A stretch of DNA of 64,000 nucleotides from the NCBI GenBank assembly GCA_021811365.1, contig JAJZPB010000002.1, positions 8,162 to 72,161 of the forward strand, read 5' to 3'. Numbering within the stretch: position 1 is the stretch's first letter; every line of letters starts with the position of its first letter. The notes beneath the pieces were generated by a model. The model made no database searches. It was not told the origin of the DNA and saw only the letters and a list, made by a program, of their open reading frames with translations. This stretch comes from a bacterium (lineage in GTDB: Bacteria; Patescibacteriota; Minisyncoccia; Phycocordibacterales; Phycocordibacteraceae). Below, one piece after another: positions 53,812 to 63,138 of this stretch. The position numbers and the translations under genes are program-made.

Positions 53812-54489
53812 TCAGCGCTCTTCGAATCGATCGATTCTCCCATCACTAAGCCATATACTCCGATCTATGAACGGCCGCGCCTCATCGGGTTCATGAGTTA
53901 CGAGCAGGATGGTTTGACCCGTTTCGTTTCTGAGTTTAGCGAAAAGCTCTAAGACGACTTTTGCCGACAGATGGTCAAGATTCGCCGTTGGTTCATCGGC
54001 AAACAACACCTTTGGGTTATTAATGAGAGCACGCGCCACCGCAACCCGTTGCTGTTCACCGCCCGATAGTTCACTCGGGTAGTGATCAAGCCGCTCGCCA
54101 AGACCGACAGTGGTGAGAAGTTGCTTGGCATGCTGTTTATATGCAGCAGATTCAACACCTAATGCCATAGCCGGAAGGTACACATTCTGTAGTGCGGTAA
54201 ATTCAGCAATGAGGGCATACTCTTGGAAAACATACCCGAGGCGTTTAAGACGGAATTGAGACCTTTCAGCATCCGTTAGATTCAGTACGTCGATACCATC
54301 TATGGAGATCGAACCTCCTGAGGGTACATCGAGCAACCCAAGCTGATGCAGAAGTGTTGATTTCCCCGAACCACTCCTCCCTGAAATAATAATGAACTCT
54401 CCCTCAGTAACGGAAAAGGAAATATCTTTGAGCGCGGGGTTCGGTACCTTTCCAGGATACGTCTTACTGAGATGCGATACCGTAATCAT
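53812..54489 (-). CDS. ABC transporter ATP-binding protein (MacB/LolD/FtsE-like)
   Basis: Walker A GRSGSGKST, Q-loop, signature LSGGEQQR, Walker B ILFADEPT, H-loop. Confidence 0.9.
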   Translation of the reverse strand: MITVSHLSKTYPGKVPNPALKDISFSVTEGEFIIISGRSGSGKSTLLHQLGLLDVPSGGSISIDGIDVLNLTDAERSQFRLKRLGYVFQEYALIAEFTALQNVYLPAMALGVESAAYKQHAKQLLTTVGLGERLDHYPSELSGGEQQRVAVARALINNPKVLFADEPTANLDHLSAKVVLELFAKLRNETGQTILLVTHEPDEARPFIDRSIWLSDGRIDRFEER

Positions 54490-54501
54490 GGTGTGTTGAG
54501 G

Positions 54502-55746
54502 TTAGCGGTCAATTGCCGTAAGAATGTTTTCCCGTGCTACCAGTTTACTTGGGAAATAGCCCGCCAACATGCTCGCAGCAACCAGCATTAAAGTACTAAT
54601 CGCGATTGTCACGGGCACATATACTGGGTACAACACGCCGATAGGAAGAACGATTGGATGCGCATCCATGAACGGGGTTACGACCCCGAAGGCAAGTCCT
54701 GCACCGATGATACTGCCTACCGTCATGTAGAAGAGCGACTGAAACACGTAGGATAGTACGATGATGGACTGCCGAAGGCCTATTGCTTTCAAAATACCGA
54801 TTTGTCGTCGCCTATTCACTGCGTTGATATAAATGAGCACAAATATAATGACCGCAGCAATCAGAATACTTATAGCGCTTACGATGTAGGAGATTAAATT
54901 AAACGCAGCAATAACCGGCGCCACCACGGCTAGCAGCTGCTTATAGGTCTGCACTTTTAGGTTCGGAAATAGCGCTCGGATCTTCGCGGCATACTGATCA
55001 ACTGACGCATACTGTAGATTCGTCTTAACGAGAATCTGCGAAGCCTCGTCATGCACCCCCAATTCCGACTCAGCCTCTCGTGACGTGATGATCGCGGAAT
55101 CACCAAGATTGCCGAGCAAGATGCTGTAAATGCCTTTTACGGTATACGTGCGAATGTCGCCATTACTGTAGGTAACACGCACCTTATCTCCTACCTTTAC
55201 TCCTCCGAGGTCTGCTGGTTGCGGGTATTTCCCGCCTCCGGCAACCCCCACGCCTAAGAGTATCTGGTCCGTATCCGAGGGGGAAAGGAATTGTCCAGCA
55301 ATAAGGTCTTTTTTGAAAGACAATACTGTATTTACATCACTTGGGTCGACGCCATACACTTCGCCCGAAGTGGTGACGTACTGTCCATCATGGTACTTAT
55401 CGAACGCAACTGACGAAGCTAGCAAGTACTCTCGCGTAGTTGCTTCGACACCTGGAATGGTCTGGATCTCTGCCCGTAACCGCGCTTGATCAGGAATGTA
55501 TGTCCGCACAGTCGGATACTGCTGCGGATTTATGACGACATCGGACGTACTGTTATCGACCAAGTTGGCATACACCGCTTGTGGGAATCCAGCAAGAATG
55601 CCCGCAGTAAAAGTCACGTTTAGAAACGAAAGTGCAAGAATACAGATCATAAGAAGCATCGAGGCTTTACTCCCTTGCACGATCGACTTTGTCGCTATAA
55701 AAAGTGCGGTGCGAACTGTTCTCATGCGTTTACTTTGGGACTGCAA
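54502..55746 (-). CDS. ABC transporter permease, FtsX-like/MacB-type (four TM helices plus large periplasmic domain)
   Basis: N-terminal TM, large extracytoplasmic domain, then three C-terminal TM helices. Sits directly upstream of the ATPase gene. Confidence 0.85.
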   Translation of the reverse strand: MQSQSKRMRTVRTALFIATKSIVQGSKASMLLMICILALSFLNVTFTAGILAGFPQAVYANLVDNSTSDVVINPQQYPTVRTYIPDQARLRAEIQTIPGVEATTREYLLASSVAFDKYHDGQYVTTSGEVYGVDPSDVNTVLSFKKDLIAGQFLSPSDTDQILLGVGVAGGGKYPQPADLGGVKVGDKVRVTYSNGDIRTYTVKGIYSILLGNLGDSAIITSREAESELGVHDEASQILVKTNLQYASVDQYAAKIRALFPNLKVQTYKQLLAVVAPVIAAFNLISYIVSAISILIAAVIIFVLIYINAVNRRRQIGILKAIGLRQSIIVLSYVFQSLFYMTVGSIIGAGLAFGVVTPFMDAHPIVLPIGVLYPVYVPVTIAISTLMLVAASMLAGYFPSKLVARENILTAIDR

Positions 55747-57337
55747 GCGCTTCCCCTTGTGTCAGACCGGAGGTAATCTCAATCATGCCATCCTGTCCTA
55801 CGATGCCGGTAGTAACCACTTGGGGAATAAGTGCCCTGCCCTCAACACGCATCACGGTGGTCGTAGTTCCTGTTTGCGTGAGTGCGCTCGCCGGCACAAG
55901 AAGCGCATTTGTGCTTGATGCTGTGGTAATCCACACGTTTGCGGTCATACCGGAACGCAAATTTGGGTAACTTTTATCAAACAGAATCGTCGTTGTGTAG
56001 TAAACCGAACCATCAACTATGGTCTCTGCTGGGTCTATTTCGGTCACTTTCCCGTAAAAAGAATCTGTTGAAGGAAACGCATACAATCCGATACGCACCG
56101 AGTCACCGACCGCGACACCCACAATATCGTCTTCTGATACATTTGCTTTCACTTCAAGGGGGTCAAGAGGGATAAGCGAAATAATGGTACGGCCCGGTCC
56201 GACCACCTCTCCCACTGATCCGTGCGTGTCCGTAACAACGCCATTGAAGGGCGCCACTATCTCATCATTGCGAATTTGAGCTTCAATCGCCGACGCATTT
56301 GCCTGTGCTTCGCGCACCATCGCCTGAGTAGCGGCAATGTTGTTTGTTGTTGACGTTGCAGTAGTGAGTGCAAGCTGGGACTGCGTCTGATCGAGCGTTG
56401 CCTTTGCAAGCGCAATCGTGTTCATCAAGGCGCGAACCTCTGATATAGCTGCGTTGGTCTCACTGAGTCCCGTCGACGCGCCGAGACGATACGCTGCTGC
56501 CTGCGCACTTGAAAGATTGTTGCTGTCTGCCACAACGGTCACCGCATCATTCATAAATGAATGTACCGCATCCAAACGACTTAACGCCGACGAGAGCGCC
56601 GAGTCGAGCACGGCTGGTGTACTCGCGCTGTCTAACAAGGCCGTGCTGCGCGTCCAGGCTGCGAGAGCCTGCCCTGCCGACACCCGCTCACGCGGGAACG
56701 CCAGTGTAAGCGCCGCATTGCTTACCACAAACGTTAACTCCGGGTTAGCGGTGCTCGCGCTCGTAAAGAAATTAGCAAGCTGCGTTGTAACAGCGTCGTT
56801 TGCCTTTGAGTATGCATCTGCCAGCGTACTTGGCACCTCCGCATAGGCGTTTTGTAGCTGCTGCTTCGCAACGGAGACCTGCGCCTGAGACACCCCCACA
56901 CTCTGCGGCGTTGCTCCGCTAAGCAGCTGATTGAGATTCGCGGTCGCTGCGCTTACGCTTGCCTGCGCCTGGGCAAGTTCCGCCTCAAGCACACTTGCGC
57001 TCTGCTTTGCAAGTACTTGACCACTTACGACCGTCTCTCCCACATGCACATTCAGCGCCGCAAGTTTCCCGGGCGCTTCAAAAAATAAATTGCTCGTCGT
57101 AGGTGGCTGAAGGTTTCCAGTTGCTAGCACCTCTTGTGCGACTGCCCCGCGCTGCACGGTAATCTGCATATATGTAGGCCCTCTGGCATACCCATACGCA
57201 TACCACCCAGCACCTACTGCGATAGCGATAAGGATGAATACGGGAACAATTATCCTCACGATGATAACTATACACCCGGCCCACGAAGTAAATATCTTGT
57301 TCTCCCCTATCGAACATCGAGCATCCCCTGGGCCCAA
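55730..57337 (-). CDS. HlyD-family membrane fusion (periplasmic adaptor) protein with extended Ala/Gln-rich coiled coil
   Basis: N-terminal TM, a long coiled-coil hairpin, and C-terminal beta-barrel/lipoyl-like segments (...VTEIDPAETIVDGSVYYTTTILFD...). Overlaps the permease start. Confidence 0.8.
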   Translation of the reverse strand: MGPGDARCSIGENKIFTSWAGCIVIIVRIIVPVFILIAIAVGAGWYAYGYARGPTYMQITVQRGAVAQEVLATGNLQPPTTSNLFFEAPGKLAALNVHVGETVVSGQVLAKQSASVLEAELAQAQASVSAATANLNQLLSGATPQSVGVSQAQVSVAKQQLQNAYAEVPSTLADAYSKANDAVTTQLANFFTSASTANPELTFVVSNAALTLAFPRERVSAGQALAAWTRSTALLDSASTPAVLDSALSSALSRLDAVHSFMNDAVTVVADSNNLSSAQAAAYRLGASTGLSETNAAISEVRALMNTIALAKATLDQTQSQLALTTATSTTNNIAATQAMVREAQANASAIEAQIRNDEIVAPFNGVVTDTHGSVGEVVGPGRTIISLIPLDPLEVKANVSEDDIVGVAVGDSVRIGLYAFPSTDSFYGKVTEIDPAETIVDGSVYYTTTILFDKSYPNLRSGMTANVWITTASSTNALLVPASALTQTGTTTTVMRVEGRALIPQVVTTGIVGQDGMIEITSGLTQGEALAVPK

Positions 57338-58407
57338 ATGACTACCTCATCGGGCGGACGCCTTGATGTACGGAACCGCGGTCCGGGACCTGTGCCGATT
57401 CGGAATACGAACGGGAGCGTCGCAGAATCGGTAGCGAACGCGTCTGCGAGTGACCGGTTTGCTTCAAGAATTCGGGCGCGCTCCGCGGGCGTAAATAGGC
57501 GCGCTTTATCAGGAGCCTGCAGAGACGCACCTAGGTACAGGATACCCGTCATGGGTTGCAGATTGAGACCGTTAAGCTGAGCGGTAAGCCAAAACCGCTC
57601 AACTGCGCGCCCCGCCTCAAAATAATCATGGGGAGTCGACCCCAGCATAAGGAGCGCGCCAAATGCGCCGGAACTCATGTACACACGCCTATTGCGCGCG
57701 GCTATTCCTTTTTGCATGCCAAATACATTTAGCAGACGCTGCAGACTCCAGTACCGAAGAAGCCGGAACGCTAGCTCTACGTGAGGCGGCGCAGCGAGGG
57801 TAGGGTAATAGAATCCTTTTCGTCGTAAGCGATCTTGCTGCTTAGTCCAGTTTATGGTTGAGAAAAATCCTTGGTGCACCGCATAGTTCCCGAAAATGAG
57901 TTCGTCGTAGACGCTCACTGCCTTTGCGATTTTGCGCATCAGTGCGCGATCATCGCACAAGCGCAGCGTTACGGTCGGCGTTTGGTCGAGGGAACTGCGC
58001 AGTGCTGCCCGCTGCGCAGTTGTGAGCGACGTACGCTTAAAGGGATTTCGATTCGTCGCGCGCGTCAATAAGCATCTCAAGAGAGGGTCAATGCTTTCCT
58101 GCGAATGTTTCGTTAACCGAAGTACGGCAACGCACCGCTCACCCTTCTCACGCGGGAAAGGTTCGAGCCTCGTCTCGTACCCTCTCGCACGCGCGGCAAT
58201 GCAAGCGCTTTCGCAAGCTGCCCCAAGTGAGACGTAGTCCGATGCGCTCGTAAATACCGAATCCGTCGTTTGCGGGCCCGGTTCGTAATACAGCTCCAGC
58301 GTCGCAAGGTCCCGCACAACCCACTGCCAGGGCTGATTATTGTCGCCCGAGGGGGCCTGTAGCGCAGCTGTGAGTATGTATTGTATATCGTCGACAGAGC
58401 GTTCCAT
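57307..58407 (-). CDS. Tandem nitroreductase-fold protein (SagB/ThcOx-type dehydrogenase-like)
   Basis: The N-terminal domain has SGDNNQPWQWVV, typical of the FMN nitroreductase family. A second nitroreductase-like half (GILYLGASLQAP...) follows, giving 366 aa overall. Confidence 0.7.
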   Translation of the reverse strand: MERSVDDIQYILTAALQAPSGDNNQPWQWVVRDLATLELYYEPGPQTTDSVFTSASDYVSLGAACESACIAARARGYETRLEPFPREKGERCVAVLRLTKHSQESIDPLLRCLLTRATNRNPFKRTSLTTAQRAALRSSLDQTPTVTLRLCDDRALMRKIAKAVSVYDELIFGNYAVHQGFFSTINWTKQQDRLRRKGFYYPTLAAPPHVELAFRLLRYWSLQRLLNVFGMQKGIAARNRRVYMSSGAFGALLMLGSTPHDYFEAGRAVERFWLTAQLNGLNLQPMTGILYLGASLQAPDKARLFTPAERARILEANRSLADAFATDSATLPFVFRIGTGPGPRFRTSRRPPDEVVIWAQGMLDVR

Positions 58408-58453
58408 ATAGCTACTCTAGTGGTGTGTAGGGTACCACGTCCCGGAACACAAA

Positions 58454-59389
58454 GTGTACAGAAGGAGAATCGTGGCGCGTATTCGGTATACTATCGTCAT
58501 GGACCAAACTCCGCCCCCTCTAACAAACGAAGCGTCTTACTATGCCGAAGCATTTTCCAGAAATATAGGGCTCCTCACAGAGGAAGAACAGCAGCGGCTT
58601 AAAAACTCTACCGTAGCAATAGCAGGTTTAGGCGGTGTGGGAGGCATTTTTACGCTTGGCTTCGCTCGGCTCGGCGTCGGCGGATACCACCTCGCCGACC
58701 CTGACGAATTTGAACGCGCAAACACTAACCGTCAAGCAGGAGCAATGACCTCAACCGAGGGAAAAGCGAAGGCAGCCGTTATGAAGTCAATGGTGCTCGA
58801 CATAAATCCCTACGCCCGAGTAAAGACGTTCTCGGGCAAAGAAGAGAACTTTGATGAGTTCCTTGGAGAGGCCGATGTCGTTGTCGACGCAATAGATTTT
58901 TTTTCTATCGACGCGAGACGGCGGCTTTACCCTGCGGCACGTGCCCAGAAAAAATTCGTCGTGTCTGCAGGTCCAATTGGTTTCGGATCGGCAATGCAGG
59001 TTTTTGACCCGTTTGGGATGAGCTTTGACGAATACTTCGACCTTCATGACAGAATGACCCAAGAAGAGATGCTGATTCGATTCGGCGTCGGCATTACCCC
59101 CACCCTGCTACAACGACCGTACTTTCATCCAGACAAAGTGGGGCTCAAGAACCACACGGCTCCGTCCCTCGTTACGGGTACATTTCTTGCAGCTAACCTT
59201 GTAACTTGCGAGGTGGTTAAATTGCTGCTGAAGCGTGGGAAAGTGAAATGCATACCGCACTCAAGCCACATCGACCCGTATGTGCGCAAATACAAAAAAG
59301 TACACCTTCGTCGAGGGAACCGTTCGCTTATTCAACGCTTGAAGATACGATACGTCGAGCGCTTAGTAGCAAGAGAAGTATCGCTGTGA
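58454..59389 (+). CDS. ThiF/MoeB/HesA family E1-like adenylyltransferase
   Basis: Glycine-rich nucleotide loop VAIAGLGGVGG and the LADPDEFERANTNRQ motif. Divergent from the nitroreductase gene. Confidence 0.85.
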   Translation: MYRRRIVARIRYTIVMDQTPPPLTNEASYYAEAFSRNIGLLTEEEQQRLKNSTVAIAGLGGVGGIFTLGFARLGVGGYHLADPDEFERANTNRQAGAMTSTEGKAKAAVMKSMVLDINPYARVKTFSGKEENFDEFLGEADVVVDAIDFFSIDARRRLYPAARAQKKFVVSAGPIGFGSAMQVFDPFGMSFDEYFDLHDRMTQEEMLIRFGVGITPTLLQRPYFHPDKVGLKNHTAPSLVTGTFLAANLVTCEVVKLLLKRGKVKCIPHSSHIDPYVRKYKKVHLRRGNRSLIQRLKIRYVERLVAREVSL

Positions 59390-59632
59390 CATAAAAATGC
59401 TGCGCGCTACTGTCGCGGAACCATACTGTGCGTTTCGTTCTCTCCGGAAATCTCGAGTCTCTCCGGCGGCAACGAAATCGCCGTAGCGGATTACCGCAAA
59501 AACGCAAGACAGAATTACCCAGTTCTCCTTTGTGCAACATTTGACGCACGGCGTACGATGCTCGCCTTTTTCCCGCGAAGCAATCCTTCTGATCGGCACC
59601 CATTAAAATCGGTGTATACTCGACGCAATTCC

Positions 59633-60283
59633 ATGAGGTCGCTTTTGGTTTACCCTGAAACCGTTCTGCAACGCGCCAAAAGAAGCTGCCGATCACCCTT
59701 TGATGCATTTTGGCTTTTGAGCCAGCTTTCAACCTACCCTTTTATAGGGCTTCTCATGCTGCGATGGCGCGTCCAAATACACCGCCCCGACTCGTTTGAT
59801 GTCCCACAAGGAACACTTATCCTAGCAAACCACCAATCATACTACGACCCATTTCTTATTACCTACGGCCTTGGCCCTCACAACTGGCCTCGCGTCTTGC
59901 CCTGCCGGTATCCGGTCGCGCAAGACGTCATTCGCGACCGCGCCCTCGCGCTTCCTATTCGAGCACTTGGCGGTTACGACATTGGGGGATCTAAAATTGA
60001 ACGCGCCAAAAAATTACTCTATACACGAGAGTTGCTTGACCGGGGTTACACGATCATCATTTTCCCGGAAGGGGCGATTACGAAGACGGGCGAAATGATT
60101 AGCGACTTCAAGTTAGGGGCGCAGATGCTATTTTCTCGAGCCTACCCAGTCGTATTTACAAAGCTCCAGGGCTTTACGAAAACGGCGCGGCGAGAGCGCA
60201 CGTACTCGATTACATACAGCCCTGTGTTGCGAGGATCCTCTGAGGAATTGAGCCAACGAATGCGGGACTTCTATCGATCCTGA
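59633..60283 (+). CDS. Lysophospholipid acyltransferase family protein (PlsC / OlsA-like)
   Basis: NHQSYYDP (HxxxxD acyltransferase motif) and IFPEGAITK (FPEG motif). Start placed at MRSLLVYPETV. Confidence 0.8.
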   Translation: MRSLLVYPETVLQRAKRSCRSPFDAFWLLSQLSTYPFIGLLMLRWRVQIHRPDSFDVPQGTLILANHQSYYDPFLITYGLGPHNWPRVLPCRYPVAQDVIRDRALALPIRALGGYDIGGSKIERAKKLLYTRELLDRGYTIIIFPEGAITKTGEMISDFKLGAQMLFSRAYPVVFTKLQGFTKTARRERTYSITYSPVLRGSSEELSQRMRDFYRS

Positions 60284-60538
60284 CCGCTGATACACACAAA
60301 TCGACTGCCCATAGACACTTCTATTCACACCTGCCACTCAGCGCTTCAGAGCGCGTATGCCAAGGTTCCTCGTCCGCATATCCTATACGGATTCGGCAGT
60401 AACCACTGGCAATAAAAGACGTGGGGAACTGCTTGTGGTACCGTATAGCGCAGCACGAGAGGCTCACAATCGTTTCCCTGAGCAGGTAAAATGAATCCTC
60501 GTGGCACTGCGCAGGCTTTTCGATAATGCATCGGCGCA

Positions 60539-61399
60539 CTATTCTCGACCCGTGTTGACTGCCGCGTTTGCAGGATTTCTATTTTCATCTTCAAACTGAT
60601 AGCCGCGTGCTTGCATCTCACGCCACATGCGGTTATACCACAGTCGGTATCCCTCGCTGCTTGGGTGGGTGTAGTCATATGAAAAATACCGCTTTGGATC
60701 TTCTGAGAATGGGTTGTTCAAGTCTGTCTCGGGGAATAGCTCTATGTATGCCACGTTATGAAGGTTGCATACTTGTATGAACAAATCCCGCACCTTTAGC
60801 ATGCGTCGGACGAGTACAGAGCGAATAAAAGGCGGGAAGAGAGGTGAGAGACCGAAATTTGCGTAAAAAAGAACAACCACCTTGTGATCGCTTATTGCTG
60901 CAGTTTCTGAAATGAGTCTGGTCAGTGCCCGAGTAAGCACCGGTAGACTGGTGAAATGCCAGATATCATTCCCGCCCGTGAAGAGTAAGACGAGATTGAA
61001 ATGCTGCCCTTGAACCTTTGCTAACTGTTGTACTACCTCGCTTGTCGTTGCACCATTCACTCCCAAATTAATGATTTCCGTGTGTGGGAAATCGCGCCCA
61101 AGCCTTCCAGCTATGGAGTCTTCGGGCTGCGCAGCACCCCTGCCAAACGCGGTACTGTCCCCCAGTATCAGTATCCGTTTCCCATTAGGGCGCAGTGCGG
61201 AATACGATTTTCGGTGCTTGCGCCACGTTACGAAATGAACAAAATCAAACCACAGAAGGCGTCCCGCCATCCTGAGCGCCTGCAGCACCACGAAGGCGAT
61301 GCCGAGTAGTGCAAATATGGTTAAAGCATCAAGTAAAAGCTGAACAGGCGATGTCCCCCGAGTCGTAAAGTCATGCACTATCTGAGAAAAAAATATCAT
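60539..61399 (-). CDS. SGNH/GDSL hydrolase family protein, membrane anchored
   Basis: ILGDSTAFG (block I, Ser), GGNDIW (block III), DYTHPS (block V, Asp-x-x-His). Confidence 0.8.
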   Translation of the reverse strand: MIFFSQIVHDFTTRGTSPVQLLLDALTIFALLGIAFVVLQALRMAGRLLWFDFVHFVTWRKHRKSYSALRPNGKRILILGDSTAFGRGAAQPEDSIAGRLGRDFPHTEIINLGVNGATTSEVVQQLAKVQGQHFNLVLLFTGGNDIWHFTSLPVLTRALTRLISETAAISDHKVVVLFYANFGLSPLFPPFIRSVLVRRMLKVRDLFIQVCNLHNVAYIELFPETDLNNPFSEDPKRYFSYDYTHPSSEGYRLWYNRMWREMQARGYQFEDENRNPANAAVNTGRE

Positions 61400-62133
61400 G
61401 CTGAAAGTAAGCGTTCTACATGGGGACGAATTTGTACATACCAGAGTGCATAGCCCTCATCTGTGGGGTGAGTCTGATCTCCAGCAAAATGACCGCCCAA
61501 CGCAACAGGATCATCCTCACGATGGAGCGAGAGGCACGCCACGCTATTTTCCGCACAGGTGTGCATAAACCGCTCTTGCCACGCCATTCCGCGTCTCCTG
61601 TAAACGCGATTAAACGGAAAATGGAACAAAGGGGCGGCTGCAGGATTGTTCGGACCAACATAGAGCACCTTTAGACCAAGCCGTCTTGCCTCCTGAATAG
61701 CAGCGCGAAGAGCGCGGTCCATTCGCTCGAGAGACGTAGCGTGTACGATGTCCATACCGCCAACCGCAAGAACAACCAAATCATAGGGATGCTCGGGTGT
61801 CAGCGCTTTCGAAAGCGCTGACGCTAGCGTGCGAAGCTTAAGACCACGCCGCGACCAGTTTTCAATATGCGCGTCCGGATAGTCAAGCCCAATTCGTCCT
61901 GGTACCGTTCGAACCGAGTCGCTCGCGCCAGTGCCGTAACCCGTACTATCGCCCACATAGAGTATCCGTGGACTCCCGTCAGCGCTCATGCGTTCAAACG
62001 GCCGTATACGATGTGTCAATTGACGGGAGATACATAGGTACCATCCGATCCTGAGGCCAATAACAGCCGACACTAAACCGCAGGTCGCGACAACTGCTAA
62101 AAGTATGCGGAAACAGAGCGCCATATCGACCAT
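61396..62133 (-). CDS. SGNH/GDSL hydrolase family protein, membrane anchored (paralogue of the adjacent gene)
   Basis: YVGDSTGYG, GGMDIV, DQTHPT. Its stop overlaps the start of 60539-61399 by 4 nt. Confidence 0.8.
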   Translation of the reverse strand: MVDMALCFRILLAVVATCGLVSAVIGLRIGWYLCISRQLTHRIRPFERMSADGSPRILYVGDSTGYGTGASDSVRTVPGRIGLDYPDAHIENWSRRGLKLRTLASALSKALTPEHPYDLVVLAVGGMDIVHATSLERMDRALRAAIQEARRLGLKVLYVGPNNPAAAPLFHFPFNRVYRRRGMAWQERFMHTCAENSVACLSLHREDDPVALGGHFAGDQTHPTDEGYALWYVQIRPHVERLLSA

Positions 62134-62210
62134 TCAAGTATAGCTGATTAACCAAACCAGAAAGGATTCACACGTCCAGACATTGGGATTATACTCTAGA
62201 ATGTCAAGAT

Positions 62211-62933
62211 ATGCTGATACGGATTGTGCGAACACAGCACTCAACAAAGACGAATATTTTGTCCCGCGCCGCGGAAAGCGCCCTGGCACACCGTGCCGCA
62301 AGCCAAGTGATTAGCGCGCTTTGGAACGGCGAACCAGCACTCTCTTTTGAGGTTATTAAAGATGCGCTCGGCAAACCTCGCGTGAATATAGACTGTGACG
62401 GGACACAAAGCGCGTGTCCGATCTCATGGGCGCACGCCTACCCATACGCACTCGCGGCAGGCATACGCAACGAGTCCATGGACATTGGCGCCGATATCGA
62501 GCGCGTGCGTAGATTCCGTCGAGAGGTAATCACCGCATTTCTCACAGACCGCGAATGCGCACATGTACTCGAAAGAGAAGAAGCGACCCGCGCTTACCAC
62601 ACAACCCTTACCTGGTCGATTAAAGAGGCGATACTGAAAAGTATCGGTCTTGGACTACGCCTGAACCCTCGACGCATTGATGTAACTGAGGCACTCACGC
62701 TCCCGAATTACCACATCGGCTTCGCATACGTCGACAATATACGCGTCCCGTTGCAAATATGGAAACACCGTACTGCTGACTCGCACTTCGTGGCAGCAGC
62801 CGTTGCAATTCACCGCAACTACACCTACACTTTACGGAATGGCTTCTTCCTCGAGCGTTCCCTCGGAAGCGCGCCGGGTTGTGCTCTCGGTTATCGCCCA
62901 GACGGTCGGCCTCCCTTCGGAGAGCATCTCTGA
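62211..62933 (+). CDS. 4'-phosphopantetheinyl transferase (Sfp-type)
   Basis: GKPRV, GADIERV (Mg-binding), WSIKEAILKSIG (W/KEA motif). Confidence 0.75.
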   Translation: MLIRIVRTQHSTKTNILSRAAESALAHRAASQVISALWNGEPALSFEVIKDALGKPRVNIDCDGTQSACPISWAHAYPYALAAGIRNESMDIGADIERVRRFRREVITAFLTDRECAHVLEREEATRAYHTTLTWSIKEAILKSIGLGLRLNPRRIDVTEALTLPNYHIGFAYVDNIRVPLQIWKHRTADSHFVAAAVAIHRNYTYTLRNGFFLERSLGSAPGCALGYRPDGRPPFGEHL

Positions 62934-63138
62934 TGAGGCGCATCTGGCTGACATAGCGCCTGACTCGATTGCGCTGTTTGAGTTGCTCGTGTGTTTCGAA
63001 AACGTGCTCGGTACAACAGTACGGTACGAAGACATTGCGGCTATTGAGACTGTCGGTGACGTCATTGCATACGCGGAACACTTGCCGCAAGAAGTTATCA
63101 ATGCCGCCCTCGAACGCACCGCCTCTACCGCCATATGA
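62839..63138 (+). CDS. Acyl carrier protein
   Basis: LADIAPDSIALFELL contains the phosphopantetheine Ser in a DSI/L context, and the size is ACP-like. The start is uncertain: the frame overlaps the PPTase 3' end, and a GTG/TTG start further in is possible. Confidence 0.6.
   Translation: MASSSSVPSEARRVVLSVIAQTVGLPSESISDEAHLADIAPDSIALFELLVCFENVLGTTVRYEDIAAIETVGDVIAYAEHLPQEVINAALERTASTAI

Noticed and set aside
53544-53846. 100-aa minus-strand ORF between att copy h and the ABC ATPase gene
   Set aside because: Overlaps the 3' end of the ABC ATPase gene in another frame. Composition is unconvincing and there is no independent support.
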